Source: Octopus vulgaris (lineage: Eukaryota). Taken from it: a stretch of DNA of 64,000 nt. The notes under the pieces were generated by a model. That model was not told the origin of the DNA and did no database searches. It was given only the letters and a program-made list of their open reading frames with translations. The stretch lies in contig OX597815.1 of the NCBI GenBank assembly GCA_951406725.2, forward strand, positions 108,748,001 through 108,812,000. Reading direction: 5' to 3'. A program made the translations under genes and the position numbers. Of the stretch, positions 1-13,083 are shown piece by piece; position 1 is the stretch's first letter; each line of letters opens with the position of its first letter.

Positions 1-16
1 AGGCAATCTTTTTTAG

Positions 17-78
17 GAACTAGAAATCTCAACTGCATTTCAAGGGAAGAAAGTTTGTAGGCATCTGATAGACAAAAG
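17..78 (+). other. Candidate small spliced exon (ELEISTAFQGKKVCRHLIDK), unverified
   Basis: tcttttttag acceptor, AAG|gtatgt donor, and one open frame across 62 nt. No recognisable homology. Confidence 0.2.
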
Positions 79-439
79 GTATGTTCTATTTCTCTGATAG
101 TATTTTTGTATGCTAACAAAAGGGGGTTTGCAGCATTTAAGTTAGATTCAAGTTCACGAATATTGATACAGATGAGAAAGAGACGATCACCAAATTAATT
201 TTCAACCTTATTTGTAGATTCTGATTTAGTTTCAAGAAAATATTGAATATATGAATGGTGGAGGGAGAAAGAGGAAACACAGCTCAAAGGTTGGAATTAA
301 ACACAACCGTGAACTCCATTAGTAATCCATTGACAGTGGCTTTACAGTATTCTTGGAATGACTATCTCTAAAAAAAAAAGTATCAAGCCACTGCAATTTG
401 AAATTGAATGACTGATCTTAAATAATGATAATAATAATA

Positions 440-545
440 AAGCAAAGTCAAGCTTGGTAGAACTTAAACTCAAAATGTGAAGATGGACAAGATGTCACAA
501 AGTATTGTGCCAAATATGCTAATGATTCTGCCAGCTTGCCACCTT
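440..545 (-). mobile_element. SINE family B, 5' fragment
   Basis: Reverse complement of the aaggtggcaagctggcagaatcattagc head seen in other family B copies. Confidence 0.6.
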
Positions 546-1214
546 AATAATAAACATAAAAATGATTAACATGAATAGAATCTATTTTTAAAGAAAATAA
601 GTGCAAATATTTGAATTTCCTGAATTTATAAATTCATCCAACCTATACAAGTGTAAAATGTAGAAGTAAAAGTGAATTATTGACAAATAAAAATAAGTCA
701 AAAATACTTAAACTGAAGCCAATAGCGTCACACATTATTTTCATAATTATCTGTGATCTTGCACATCTTTGATAAATCCTATTCCAGCACAAAATAAACA
801 AATCAATATTCTTTCCACTCCACTTTCCCCTCTATCTACTTTACACACACACACACTAGATAACAACATATTTCGGTTTTTCTTTTATGATATTTTTTAT
901 ATCAATATATTTTAAATTTGATAGACTGTCAAGAAGAAAACTCAATCATAAACATTTGACTATGTGTGTGTTTGTGTATGTGTATTTATCTATATTTATC
1001 TATGTGGGAATTGTCATCATCACCATTGTCATCATCTTCATCTTTGTCGTCGTTGTCGTCATCATCATCGTTTTATGTCCACTTTCTATACAAACATTGT
1101 GTATGTGCATATAAGTATTTGCATACATGTATGTGTAGGAATATGTGTATAAATATATGTATATATATCTCTGTCTATCTACTTATCTATATATCTTTCT
1201 GTCTCTCTCTCATG

Positions 1215-1245
<31 letters not shown>

Positions 1246-1296
1246 AAGATAAATAGATAGATTCATACATACATACATAGAAACTCACACATACAT

Positions 1297-1460
<164 letters not shown>

Positions 1461-2105
1461 ATAAATGTATGTATGTGTGTTACTTATCTGTTTGCATACT
1501 AACACACATTTTACATATACATACCTCATCTATACATAACTATGTGTGTATGATTATATGCACGAACGCCCATACACAAAAACAAAGATGCATACACATA
1601 CTCTGACATATACACACACAAACGTACATATACACATGCCAACATATAAATATTTGTGAACAAAATAATAATATAAAAATTGTAATTAGAAAATGAAATA
1701 ACAAGCAAGTAATTAATGATTAAAGAGAGGAGAAAAAAAATCAAAATTAAGAGAAGAGAAGAAATTGCAATTATAATGAAGGCCAGGTTGATGAGATAAT
1801 ATTCTGATTGAAAATCAAAGAGTAGCAAATGATGAGATTGAAATGCAACAGCTGTTACTGGGGGAACCACTTCAACTATAAGAATAACAGTAGCAGAAAA
1901 GAAAAACAACAAAAACGAAGATTCAAATATTAGATTGGCTTAAGATAATTTTGCATGGTCATGTGGTAAGAAGCTGGCTTCCCAAACACATTCGTTTTGG
2001 ATTCAGTCCTACTGCATGATACTTTGGGAAGTGTCTTCTATTATAGCCCCAGGGCCAACCAAAGTCCTGTGAGTGGATTTGGTAAATAGAAACTCAAAGA
2101 AACCC

Positions 2106-2143
<38 letters not shown>

Positions 2144-2145
2144 CA

Positions 2146-2177
<32 letters not shown>

Positions 2178-2190
2178 CATACATATATAT

Positions 2191-2250
<60 letters not shown>

Positions 2251-2252
<2 letters not shown>

Positions 2253-2912
2253 TCATCATCATCGTTTAACATCCGTTTTCCGCGCTAGCACGGATTGGAC
2301 GGTTCGACTCTGGGTCTGGGAAGCCAGGGGCTGCACCATGCTCCTGTCTGGTCTGGCAGTGTTTCTACAGCTGGATGCCCTTCCTAACGCCAACCACTCC
2401 GTGAGTTTAGTGGGTGCTTTTTATGTGCCACCTGCACAGAAGCCAGTCGAGGCGGCGCTGGCATCAGCCACGTTCGGATGGTGCTTTTTATGTGCCACCG
2501 GCACAGGTATCACAACTATTATTTCCATTGATATTTATTTCGATGTTCATGTACTTGACTCAATAGGTCTCCTCAAGCACAGTGGAATGTTCTGGAATCC
2601 AAGGTACTTTGAATGGGCAGGGGCTATGCGGGACTGGTGCAGGAAGCAGCCCGGGTCTTTGCAGTCACAGCATATCTCCAGAGATCTCGATTCTTCGTCA
2701 TTGCCTCTGTGAGGCCCAATGCTCTGAGGTCATGCTTGACTACCTCATCCCATGTCTTCCTGGGTCTACCTCTCCCCCTGATACCTTCAACTGTTTGGGA
2801 GCAGCACTTCTTCACACATCTCTCCTCATCCATCCGCAGTACATGACCATACCATCGCAAGCGTCGCTCTTGCACACCACATCTGATGCTTCTTATGTCC
2901 AGCATTTCTCTC
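2251..2912 (-). mobile_element. RTE-clade LINE, 5'-truncated (ORF C-terminus, 3' UTR, (GAT)n tail)
   Basis: ORF 2624-2905 RRLRWYGHVLRM...GRGRPRKTWDEVVKHDL is a typical RTE C-terminus; tail motif ggaagggcatccagctgtagaaa. Confidence 0.9.
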
Positions 2913-2954
2913 AGGGTGCTTACCCTGAGGGTATATATATATATATATATATAT

Positions 2955-3240
2955 ATAGGGAGACTTCACAAAAAAAGCAAAAGACAAAGACAGGTGGTGT
3001 AGACAACAAACAGATGTACTTAGTTTAACGCTCGAGAAGTGAAAAAGTCTTTAATGTTTTGAGCCTATGCTCTTCCACAGAAAGGAACACACAAAGAAAC
3101 AAGAGGAGAAAATAAAGAATGTATAGTAGCTAGCAATCTATCATAGTGAATGCCAGACAGAGGGGTCACACAGGAAAGCTAGGAAGAAGGGGAGATATTA
3201 AAGTAGTGGTGATCCCAAAATGAAGGTGTGCATGCATGTG
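2955..3240 (-). mobile_element. PLE-terminus-like short element (family H1) with decayed hammerhead motif at 3048-3085
   Basis: Homologous to 37540-37755 and 55170-55315. Minus strand reads ctttCTGTGGAagagcataggctcAAAAcattaaaga. Confidence 0.6.
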
Positions 3241-3574
3241 TATAAGAGAGCATGTATGTGCATGTGGAAAAGGGCTGGTGACCTTGACGTGTGTGTGTAT
3301 GCATATATATATATATGCATGTGTGTATGTATGCATGTGTGTGTATGAGTGCATGTGTGTCTGTGTGTGTGTATGTGCGTCTGTGTTACCATTTTATTGC
3401 CCTGACATTGCATGATGTCTGATGATGAGAAAATATTACCTTACTTCGAAACAGGTAAGGGTTGGTGACAGGAAGGGCATCCAGCTATAGAAAATCTATC
3501 TCAACAAAATTCCCTCCAGCCCCAGCAAGCATGGAAAAGTGAATGTTAAATTGATGATGATGATGATGTTCAGT

Positions 3575-3812
3575 TCCTTCCCAAGTTATATAGACTCAGA
3601 GTCAATTTCCCAGTTTCTGTGGGCAAATATATTCCTCCTTGAATGTGACCCCAGTGCATTGCAGGATAACTCACTTTTGTCAGCTGAGTGGACTGAAGCA
3701 ATGTGAAATGAAGTGTCTTGCTCAAGAACACAATGTATTGTCTGGTCTGGGAAGTGAAACCATAATCTTATGATCATGAGTGCAACACCCAAACCACTAA
3801 GCCATCTGCCTC
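3575..3812 (-). mobile_element. tRNA-derived SINE family C
   Basis: Head atggcttagtggtt... (A-box-like); core gtgttcttgagcaagacacttcatttcac shared with 7150-7460 and 63410-63715. Confidence 0.7.
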
Positions 3813-4692
3813 CAGTGATGAGGATGTTTAGCCATAGGTCATTTCTGGAAAAAGTATATGCTTTTCAGCCATGATCAACTCATTATTTTCAGAAAGAGAC
3901 AAAAAAAGGGAAAAGAAAAGTCATATTAAAATAAGATAATCTATGCAAAACAATGTCTGAACAAAAGTAGGATGGTTATTGTTAGAACATCTTTGATCCC
4001 AAGTTTGCTGGACTGATAAATGAAAATGATCTTGAACAAACAAAGAAAAATGTAGCCCTTGTATATATTCTTCATCATTATTCATGTAGTCCTAGATGCA
4101 TTCATCATTAAGGAATAATGATTAACGAGTGTATCTAGTACTACATTGCTTATTTTTTTAATTTTTTATTATTTATTTTTTGCTCCAGATCATCATGAAT
4201 TAATAAACCAGTAGACTTGTGATTAAAAATGTTTCTGCTGTGACCTACTCATTTTTATTCAGATGCAATTTTTCTAAGACTACAATATCTGTTATGACCA
4301 TCCATATTGGTTTATCTATCTATTTATTTATTTAATTTCTCCAGTCTCATGTGATCCTATTATTAAAAACGTTGCAGCCAAGACCATTCCATTTTTCCTT
4401 GTAGTTGTTATTTAGTTTCAGGTCAGACCTGATACAACAGGCCTATGAAAAGCTTTTCAGCCCAGACTATTCCACCTTGTTTTCAGGCCTGGCATATCTT
4501 AATATTAGTCAATCTGTTCTTCTCACTTTTAAGATAACAGAGTGTGAGATTTAATTAGTTGTTGCATTGCATGTAAATACATACAAGCACACACACACAC
4601 GTATATATATATATATATATATACTAAGTGTTGAATACACTATTTTGAAAACCTAAGTGCGAGTAAACCAGTAAACATTTGGAGTAATCTCT

Positions 4693-4753
<61 letters not shown>

Positions 4754-4773
4754 TACATATATATATATTATTG

Positions 4774-4839
<66 letters not shown>

Positions 4840-4847
<8 letters not shown>

Positions 4848-5166
4848 GTATTGATATCCAGAAGACCCAAGGTGGCAAGTAAGGCTATGTAAGTGATATG
4901 GAAGGGCCATAGTTAAACTCTCAGGTCGATAATATGAGTGAGGAGTCTAATGCAGGTCTTGTATGAGCATGCATATGTTAAATAATATGAGACAACAAAG
5001 CCAAGGTTGTGTGGAATTTTCGGGACATTTATAAAGAGAAGGTTAGTCTTACAGCTGTTTTTGAGATATTATATAAAAAAAAACCGGCTGTAATACTAAC
5101 CTTCTCTTTATAAATGTCCTGAAAATTCCACACAGCCTTGACTTTGTTGTCTCATTTTATTTAACA
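4840..5166 (-). mobile_element. PLE pLTR plus leader with inverted partial pLTR (fold-back 4976-5166)
   Basis: Inverted arms of ~85 bp. The minus strand of 4840-4975 aligns by eye with 28860-28995, upstream of the PLE ORF start at 29052. Carries the AAACAGCTGTA half of a hammerhead motif. Confidence 0.7.
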
Positions 5167-5187
5167 CACACACACATACACACACAC

Positions 5188-5230
<43 letters not shown>

Positions 5231-5242
<12 letters not shown>

Positions 5243-5394
5243 AAAGAAGGAAAATGCACACAGCTTACATAGTTTTAATATAGTTTTTAATATATTTTAT
5301 AAGTGAAAATAGTCGACAAACACAATACTACTTCACTTATAAAATATATTAAATTTCTATAAACTGTGTGCATTTTCCTTCTTTTGTTTTATAT
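5231..5394. repeat. Imperfect inverted repeat between (TA)n tracts
   Basis: Outer arms tataaaacaaaagaaggaaaatgcacacag / ctgtgtgcattttccttcttttgttttata; inner arms ttaatatattttataagtgaa / ttcacttataaaatatattaa. Confidence 0.85.
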
Positions 5395-5699
5395 ATATAT
5401 TTTTGCATTATAACTCACCATGTGGGGATAATCAAAATTCTCTACCTCCCTTTTTGTTACTATTTCCTTCTGTGGCTGGCTGATTCAGAGCAGATCTCAG
5501 AATTAAACAGCCAAAATCTGCGATGAGGAATCAGTTTCTGACTGAAGAACGAAGGCTTTGAATGACCCGTTTGTCTTTTTGTTCGTCCCTTCGTGTATTT
5601 CACGTTATTTATTTATGTAAAGGTTTATTATATATATAAATATATATGAATAACTGAAGAGATATCATAAAACTACCTTGGTAATGCTTGTCCATAAAG

Positions 5700-5892
5700 G
5701 ATATAGGTGATGGTGCCATGTAAAAAGCATCCAGTACATTTTTTAAAGTGGTTGTCATTAGGAAGTGCATACAGTTGTCAAAACCAAGCCAAGACAAACT
5801 ATAGAACATGGTATGGTTCCTAATCTTGCCAGCTCTTGTCAGACTGTCCAACTCATGGAAAACAGACATTAAATGATGATGATGATGATGAT
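5700..5892 (+). mobile_element. Old RTE 3' tail fragment
   Basis: ggtgccatgtaaaaagca...ggaagtgcatacag...attaaatgatgatgat. Confidence 0.7.
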
Positions 5893-5967
5893 AGATAGAT
5901 ATCTCCTTCCACTTCTTGTCACTTCAGAAATGTAGCTGCACGTGGATTGTTACTCTTTAGACTTTTC

Positions 5968-6005
5968 TCTTTCTGATGAAGAGCTTTGCTCGAAATGTTA
6001 ACAAC
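5968..6005 (+). ncRNA. Minimal type I hammerhead-ribozyme-like motif in a PLE-terminus-like element (5900-6110)
   Basis: CTGATGA-A-GAGC(TTT)GCTC-GAAA-TGTTA: canonical core and stem II; stem I is weak. Confidence 0.6.
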
Positions 6006-6112
6006 TCTTCCGTTTCACCAAGCATCAGATTAAAATATTTCTTGTGCACGTCCTCACATTTGTTTTTTCTCTTTTTTTCTTTATTTTTTAATTGTTTGTT
6101 CTTTCATTTGAC

Positions 6113-6164
<52 letters not shown>

Positions 6165-6165
<1 letters not shown>

Positions 6166-6504
6166 TTTTATTTGTTTCAGTCATTTGACTGTGGCCATGC
6201 TGGAGCACTGCCTTTTGTTGAACAAATCAACCCCAGGACTTATTCTTTGTAAGCCTAGTACTTATTCTATTGGTCTCTTTTGCTGAACTGCTTATTTACA
6301 GGGATGTAAACACCAGCATCAATTGTCAAGTGATGGTGGGGGAACAAACAAACACACAAACACACACACACATATATGATGGGCTTCTTTCAGTTTCCAT
6401 CTACCAAATCTACTCAGAAGGCTTTGGACAGCCTGAGGCTATAGTAGAAGACACTTGCCCAAGGTGCCACACAGTGGGATTGAATCCAGAACTGTGTGGT
6501 TGGT
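6165..6504 (-). mobile_element. SINE family A
   Basis: Reverse complement of the family A body and the ...aaatgactgaaacaaataaaag tail. Confidence 0.85.
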
Positions 6505-7149
6505 AGTGCAAGAAAGATGACTATGGTGGCACAGATATGCAATGTGTGTGAAGAATAATTGTTATAGAAAGAAAGAAATTCCAAGCAATACAAAGAGTTA
6601 AGAACAAGAAAAGGGAAAGACTTAGGAAGAAAGGATGAAAGTTGATTTCAAGAAGTTGAACATCATGAAGGGGATGATAAAGTACCACATCAAATGACAA
6701 GATGCTGTGTTAGAGAAGACCATGCTAAATCCTAATTCAAGCAGGAATGGAATAACATCCATAAAATGTTGCTGCTGCTGCTGATGATGATGATAGTGGT
6801 GGGTGTGGTGGTGGTGGTGGTGTTGGTGGTGGTGAGGATATCAATGATGACAATGATGACAACTACGATGATAGTGATAATATGATGATTGTGAGAATGT
6901 GATATTGATGATGATGATGATGGCAATGATGGTGACAACTGTGATGCTGATAACTACCATGATGTTGATATCAATGATGAGAACAATGGCATTAACGATT
7001 TTGAGGGAAAATTTCCCTGATATTTCAAGCAGGGCAAGCAACCACATATGGCTCCCTTTGCATAGCTTACTTATAGGCTCAAGTTATTTTTTTCGTAAAA
7101 TGAAGAGCTGTAAATATGATAAGTTAAATCTTAATACATATATCAACAT

Positions 7150-7460
7150 ATATGGCTAAATGGTTAGAGCATCAGACTCACAATTCGATTCCCAGACCAA
7201 GATGTCTGTTGTGTTCTTGAGCAAGACACTTTATTTTACATTGCTCCAGTTTCCTCAGCTCTAGAAATAAGTTGCATCATCACTGGTACCAAGCTGTATT
7301 GACTTTTGTCTTTCTCTTGGATAACATTTGTGGCATGGAGAGAGAGGAGGCTGATATGCATGGTTGACTGTTAGTCTTCCATAAGTAACCGTGCTCAGAG
7401 GGGAACTTTCTCGGTACAATCCCATGGATATTCAATGACCAAAGGAGGTCATTACCCTAT
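7150..7460 (+). mobile_element. tRNA-derived SINE family C
   Basis: atggctaaatggttagagc...ttcgattcc (A/B-box-like); gtgttcttgagcaagacactt. Confidence 0.7.
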
Positions 7461-8099
7461 ATATTTAGCTACTTATTTTATAATTCATAGATAGACTAAA
7501 TCTGAATATTATTTTTGTTCTACTTCCACATTTCTATGTCAGTATTCTAAACAGGCTTTTTCTGTAAATTCAATTATTTGTATGTTTTCAAAGCAATTGT
7601 TACTTGGAAGCCAAATGAAAATCAAATGCTTTTTTGATTGCTAAATCCTTAACTGTAAAAACAGCTGACTCATCTATTATGTATATTATTATTTTAATTA
7701 TATAAAAATAAGTATTTATGACATAAGCAAAAGCACTTAACTTTTATGGTGAGGAAGTATAGTTGATATAATCATCCACATTATGTAACTATAGTACTTA
7801 TGATACTTATATTAATTCTGAAAGAATGAAGAGCAAAGATTTGATCTTGATAGGATTAGCTAAATACTGCTAGGATTGACTTTGCTTTCAGCTATCTGGA
7901 GTCAGTGATAATGATTTTTCCTGCTTGAACAAGACAACAAATTTGCAAAGAGATAGGCATAGCTTATTGAATTAATACTGAACCATTCCATGAGTGATGC
8001 TTATTTCAGTAATCTCTGTGGAATAAATAGAAAGTCAACTTTGTTTGAATTTGAATACAGAAAAAATGAAACAATAGTACTTTGCTGATAACACCATAT

Positions 8100-8527
8100 G
8101 AGTGAGATCGTTGCCAGAGCAACAAGCTGGCCTCCGTGCTGATGGCACGTTAAAAACACCATTTGAGTGTGATCGTTACCTGCGTCATCTTAGTAGCACT
8201 TGTGCTGGTGGCACGTGAAAGGAAAATTCAAGCGAGGTTGTTGCCAGTGCCGCTGGACTGACTCCTGTGCAGGTGTCACATAAAAAGCACCATTTGAGTG
8301 TGGCCGTTGCCAGTACTGCCTTACTGGCCCTCGTGCCGGTGGCATGTAAAAGCACCCACTACACTCTCGGAGTGGTTGGCATTAGGAAGGACAGCCAGCT
8401 GTAGAAACTCTGCCAGATCAGACTGGAGTCTGGTGCAGCCATCTGGTTCACCAGATCTCAGTCAAATCGTCCAGCCCATGCTAGCATGGAAAGCGGATGT
8501 TAAACGATGATGATGATGATGATGATG
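8100..8527 (+). mobile_element. RTE 3' UTR with about four tandem ~61-bp units and (GAT)n tail
   Basis: Repeated ggtggcacgt-aaaa-cacc units followed by the conserved RTE tail. Confidence 0.85.
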
Positions 8528-8554
8528 AATAACAAAGCTAATAATAATGACTAC

Positions 8555-9697
<1,143 letters not shown>

Positions 9698-9707
9698 TAA
9701 TAACAAT

Positions 9708-9773
<66 letters not shown>

Positions 9774-9788
9774 AAGAAGAAGAAGAAG

Positions 9789-10386
9789 AAGAAGGAATAT
9801 ATTCACAGACATGACAGAGCTGGAACCTACATACACTGGAAGCTATGCCAACATTATGGAATAACAACAGAAAAAAGATGGTATAGGCACACACCAGAAA
9901 AGGTCACAGAGAACGAGAAAGCAACCATACTCTGGGATATGCCGATACACATAGATAGAGAAATTAAGGCCAACAGACCAGATATAGTTGTCAGAGATCA
10001 TGAAGGAAAAAAATGCTTTCTAATTGATGTATCAATACCGGCAGATGACAACATGTCTCTAAAAGAAATGGAGAAACTTTCAAAATACAAAGACCTGGAA
10101 ATAGAGGTAACCAGAATGTGGAATCTAAAAACAGAAACAATTCCTATCATAGTAGGTGCATTAGGCATGATAAAAAAATATTCAGACAAATACATAACAA
10201 AAACACCAGAATTTACAAACACATATAACATACAGAAAATTGCACTACTAGGCACTGCACACATCCTACGCAGAACACTTTCCATACAATAACCATCAGA
10301 GCATTACAACAAATCACAGCACATACCTAAGGCACACAGAGCTGCGCTTGGTAGTGAAGTGAAAGCACGTTATAAAAATAAAACTA

Positions 10387-10390
<4 letters not shown>
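9789..10390 (+). mobile_element. R4/Dong-like RLE non-LTR retrotransposon 3' fragment, copy 1
   Basis: EYIHRHD...ILWDMPI...NRPDIVV...LIDVSIP...KLSKYKDL...IQKIALLGTAHILRRTL is a PD-(D/E)xK restriction-like endonuclease; flanked by (TAA)n. Confidence 0.9.
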
Positions 10391-10431
<41 letters not shown>

Positions 10432-10469
10432 AAGAAGAAGAAGAAGAAGAAGAAGAAGAAGAAGAAGAA

Positions 10470-11057
10470 GAAGAAATATATTTACAGATGCGACAGAGTT
10501 GGGACCTACATACACTGGAATTTATGTCAACACTATGGAATAACAACAGAAAAAAGATGGTATAGGCATATGCCAGAAAAGGTCACAGAAAATGAGAAAG
10601 CAATCATACTCTGGAATATGCCAATATACACAGATAGAGAAATTAAGGCCAATAGTCCAGATATAGTTGTCAGAGATCATGAAGAAAAAAAAATTGCTTT
10701 CTAATTGATGTATCAACACCAGCATATGACAACGTTTCTCTAAAATAAATGGAGAAACTTTCAAAACGCAAAGACCTGGAAACAGAGGTAACTCGAATGT
10801 GGAGTCTGAAAACAGAAACAACACCTATCATAGTGGGTGCATTAGGTATGATAAAAAAATATTCAGACAAATACATAACAAAACACCAGGACTTACAAAT
10901 ATATATAACATACAGAAAATAACACTACTAGGCACTGCACACATCCTATGTAAAACACTTTCAATACAGTAACCATAAGAGCATCATAGCAAACCACAGC
11001 ACATACCCAAGGCTTTGCTCAGTAGTGCAGTGAAAGCATGTGATAAAAATAAAACTA

Positions 11058-11060
<3 letters not shown>
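10470..11060 (+). mobile_element. R4/Dong-like 3' fragment, copy 2 (disrupted)
   Basis: Colinear with copy 1, with stops and frameshifts; ends ...aactactg(aat)n. Confidence 0.9.
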
Positions 11061-11098
<38 letters not shown>

Positions 11099-11103
11099 TA
11101 ATA

Positions 11104-11139
<36 letters not shown>

Positions 11140-11140
<1 letters not shown>

Positions 11141-12188
11141 TAAAGGATAACTAATACAAATAACCACAAAACACAAACAAAACAAAAAAAAAACTGTTTG
11201 CAGTCTTTAAGGAAGCTGACTAATACAAAAAAGAAGTCACAGTACCTAACAACTATGAAAAAGAAGAAGAAACAGCAAAAGCTGTAAAACAACTGAAATC
11301 CAAACTAAAACTGGAACAGCAACAGATCATGATAAAACAATAGCAAGAAAAGCCCTTTCGTGGCAAATATTAGATTAAGCTAAACAGAAAAAAATAGACA
11401 AAGCAAAATCCCAATAATGGCTGAGAAGCTCAGAACTCAAAGCAGAGACTGACGGACTTTTAATTGCAGCACAAGATCAAAGCCTTCCCACCAAAAATCA
11501 CCAAAAAACATGTAATGAAAAGAAATACAAGTAACTGCAGAATATGTGGTGATGGAAAAGAAACAATAAATCATATTATCTCTGGCTGCCCAGTCCTGGC
11601 TAAGAAGGAATATATTCACAGACATGAGTGAGTTGGGACCAATATACATTGAAAGCTATGCCAACACAAAATAACAACAGAAAAAAGATGGTATAGGCAC
11701 ATGCCAGAAACGGTCACAGAAAATGAGAGAGCAATCATACTCTGGGATATGTTAATATGCACAGATAGAGTAATTAAGGCCAATAGGCCAGATATACTTG
11801 TCAGAGATCACCAAGGAAAGAAAGTGCTTTCTAATTGATGTATCAATACCAACAAATGACAATGTTTCTCTAAAAGAAACGGAAACACTTTCAAAATACA
11901 AAGATCTGGAAATAGAGGTAACCAGAATGTGGAATCTAAAAACAGAAACAATTCCTATCATAGTTGGTGCATTAGGTATGATAAAAAAAAAATTCAGACA
12001 AATACATGAAAAAAACACCAGGTCTTACAAGTATATACAACACTTAGAAAATAGCACTACTAGGCACCGCACACATCCTATGTAAAACACTTTCAATACA
12101 GTGAAAATAAGAGCACCACAACAAACCACAGCACATATCCAAGGCACACAGAGCTGCATTCGGTAGTACAGTGAAGGCACATGATAAA

Positions 12189-12190
<2 letters not shown>
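11140..12190 (+). mobile_element. R4/Dong-like 3' fragment, copy 3, including CCHC zinc knuckle
   Basis: CRICGDGKETINHIISGCP at ~11535-11592 precedes the RLE domain (ORF 11798-12085); flanked by (TAA)n. Confidence 0.9.
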
Positions 12191-12259
<69 letters not shown>

Positions 12260-12420
12260 TTAAGTTATTGCAAAAATTGGCATTACTTGAAACTACACCT
12301 ATATTGCATAAAGTCTGAGGTCTTTGTTGTGACCTGACAAACAGTACAAACCCCTTGTAGATACAATATCTTCAATCAACAACATCGCAATATTGAATAC
12401 TGTGCGATGTCTTAAATAAT
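12260..12420 (+). mobile_element. 3' tip of a second R4/Dong-like subfamily
   Basis: LQKLALLETTPILHKV resembles the QKIALLGTAHILR terminus; different 3' UTR; follows (TAA)n. Confidence 0.55.
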
Positions 12421-12630
12421 GATCATTTAGCATTCACTTTCTATGCTGGCAAGGGTTGGATAGTTTGACTGGAACTGATAAGCCAGAGAGCTGTACCTGA
12501 TTCCAGTCTGATTTTAGCTTGATTTCTATGGCTGGGTGCCCTTCCTAATGCCAATCACTCCAAGAGTGTAGTAGGTGCCTTTAACATGTTATTGGCATGG
12601 GTGCTTATATGTGTCACCAACATGGGTGTT
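12420..12630 (-). mobile_element. RTE 3' tail fragment
   Basis: gctgggtgcccttcctaatgccaatcactc motif. Confidence 0.7.
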
Positions 12631-12953
12631 TAATTAAGGGTCCTTATTTAGGCACAGGGCCAATAATTTTGAGAAGAGGGGATTAATCAATAGCATCAAC
12701 CTTAGTATTTGACTGGTACTTTATTTTATTGACCTCAAAAGAATAAATGGCAAAAGCAACTAGAAATTTTAAGAAAGGATATACTCAATTTAATATTCCC
12801 TCACCTCAATATTGGACTTGTATTCATTTCATGTACACCAGAAGGTTGAGAAGTAAATTTGGACATAGGTAGAATTTTTAATTTAGAAGGAAAAAGACAT
12901 AACTAAGTACCACAAAGTAATTTGCTTTTGCTGCCCTACATATTCTGCTGCTA

Positions 12954-12987
<34 letters not shown>

Positions 12988-13048
12988 GTGAAGATGTCAT
13001 TGACAATGACAATGATGATGATGATAACAAGAGCAATAGCAACAATAG

Positions 13049-13083
<35 letters not shown>

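Larger units (their letters stand above)
1953..3570 (+). mobile_element. SINE family A variant with RTE-type tail, split by nested insertions (head 1953-2110, tail ~3340-3570)
   Basis: Head ...tgtggtaag...cagtcctactgcatgatactttgggaagtgtcttc; tail ggaagggcatccagc...(gat)n. The same head-plus-tail order occurs unsplit at 45445-45780. Confidence 0.6.

Noticed and set aside
5653-5675. Other isolated CTGANGA heptamers (e.g. 5653, 20420, 24354, 34256)
   Set aside because: No convincing stem II followed by GAAA; expected by chance.
6270-6506. Recurrent peptide [17 protein letters not shown]...CPRCHTVGLNPE as a gene family
   Set aside because: It is the antisense translation of SINE family A, which explains its recurrence at 14197, 41487 and 50532.
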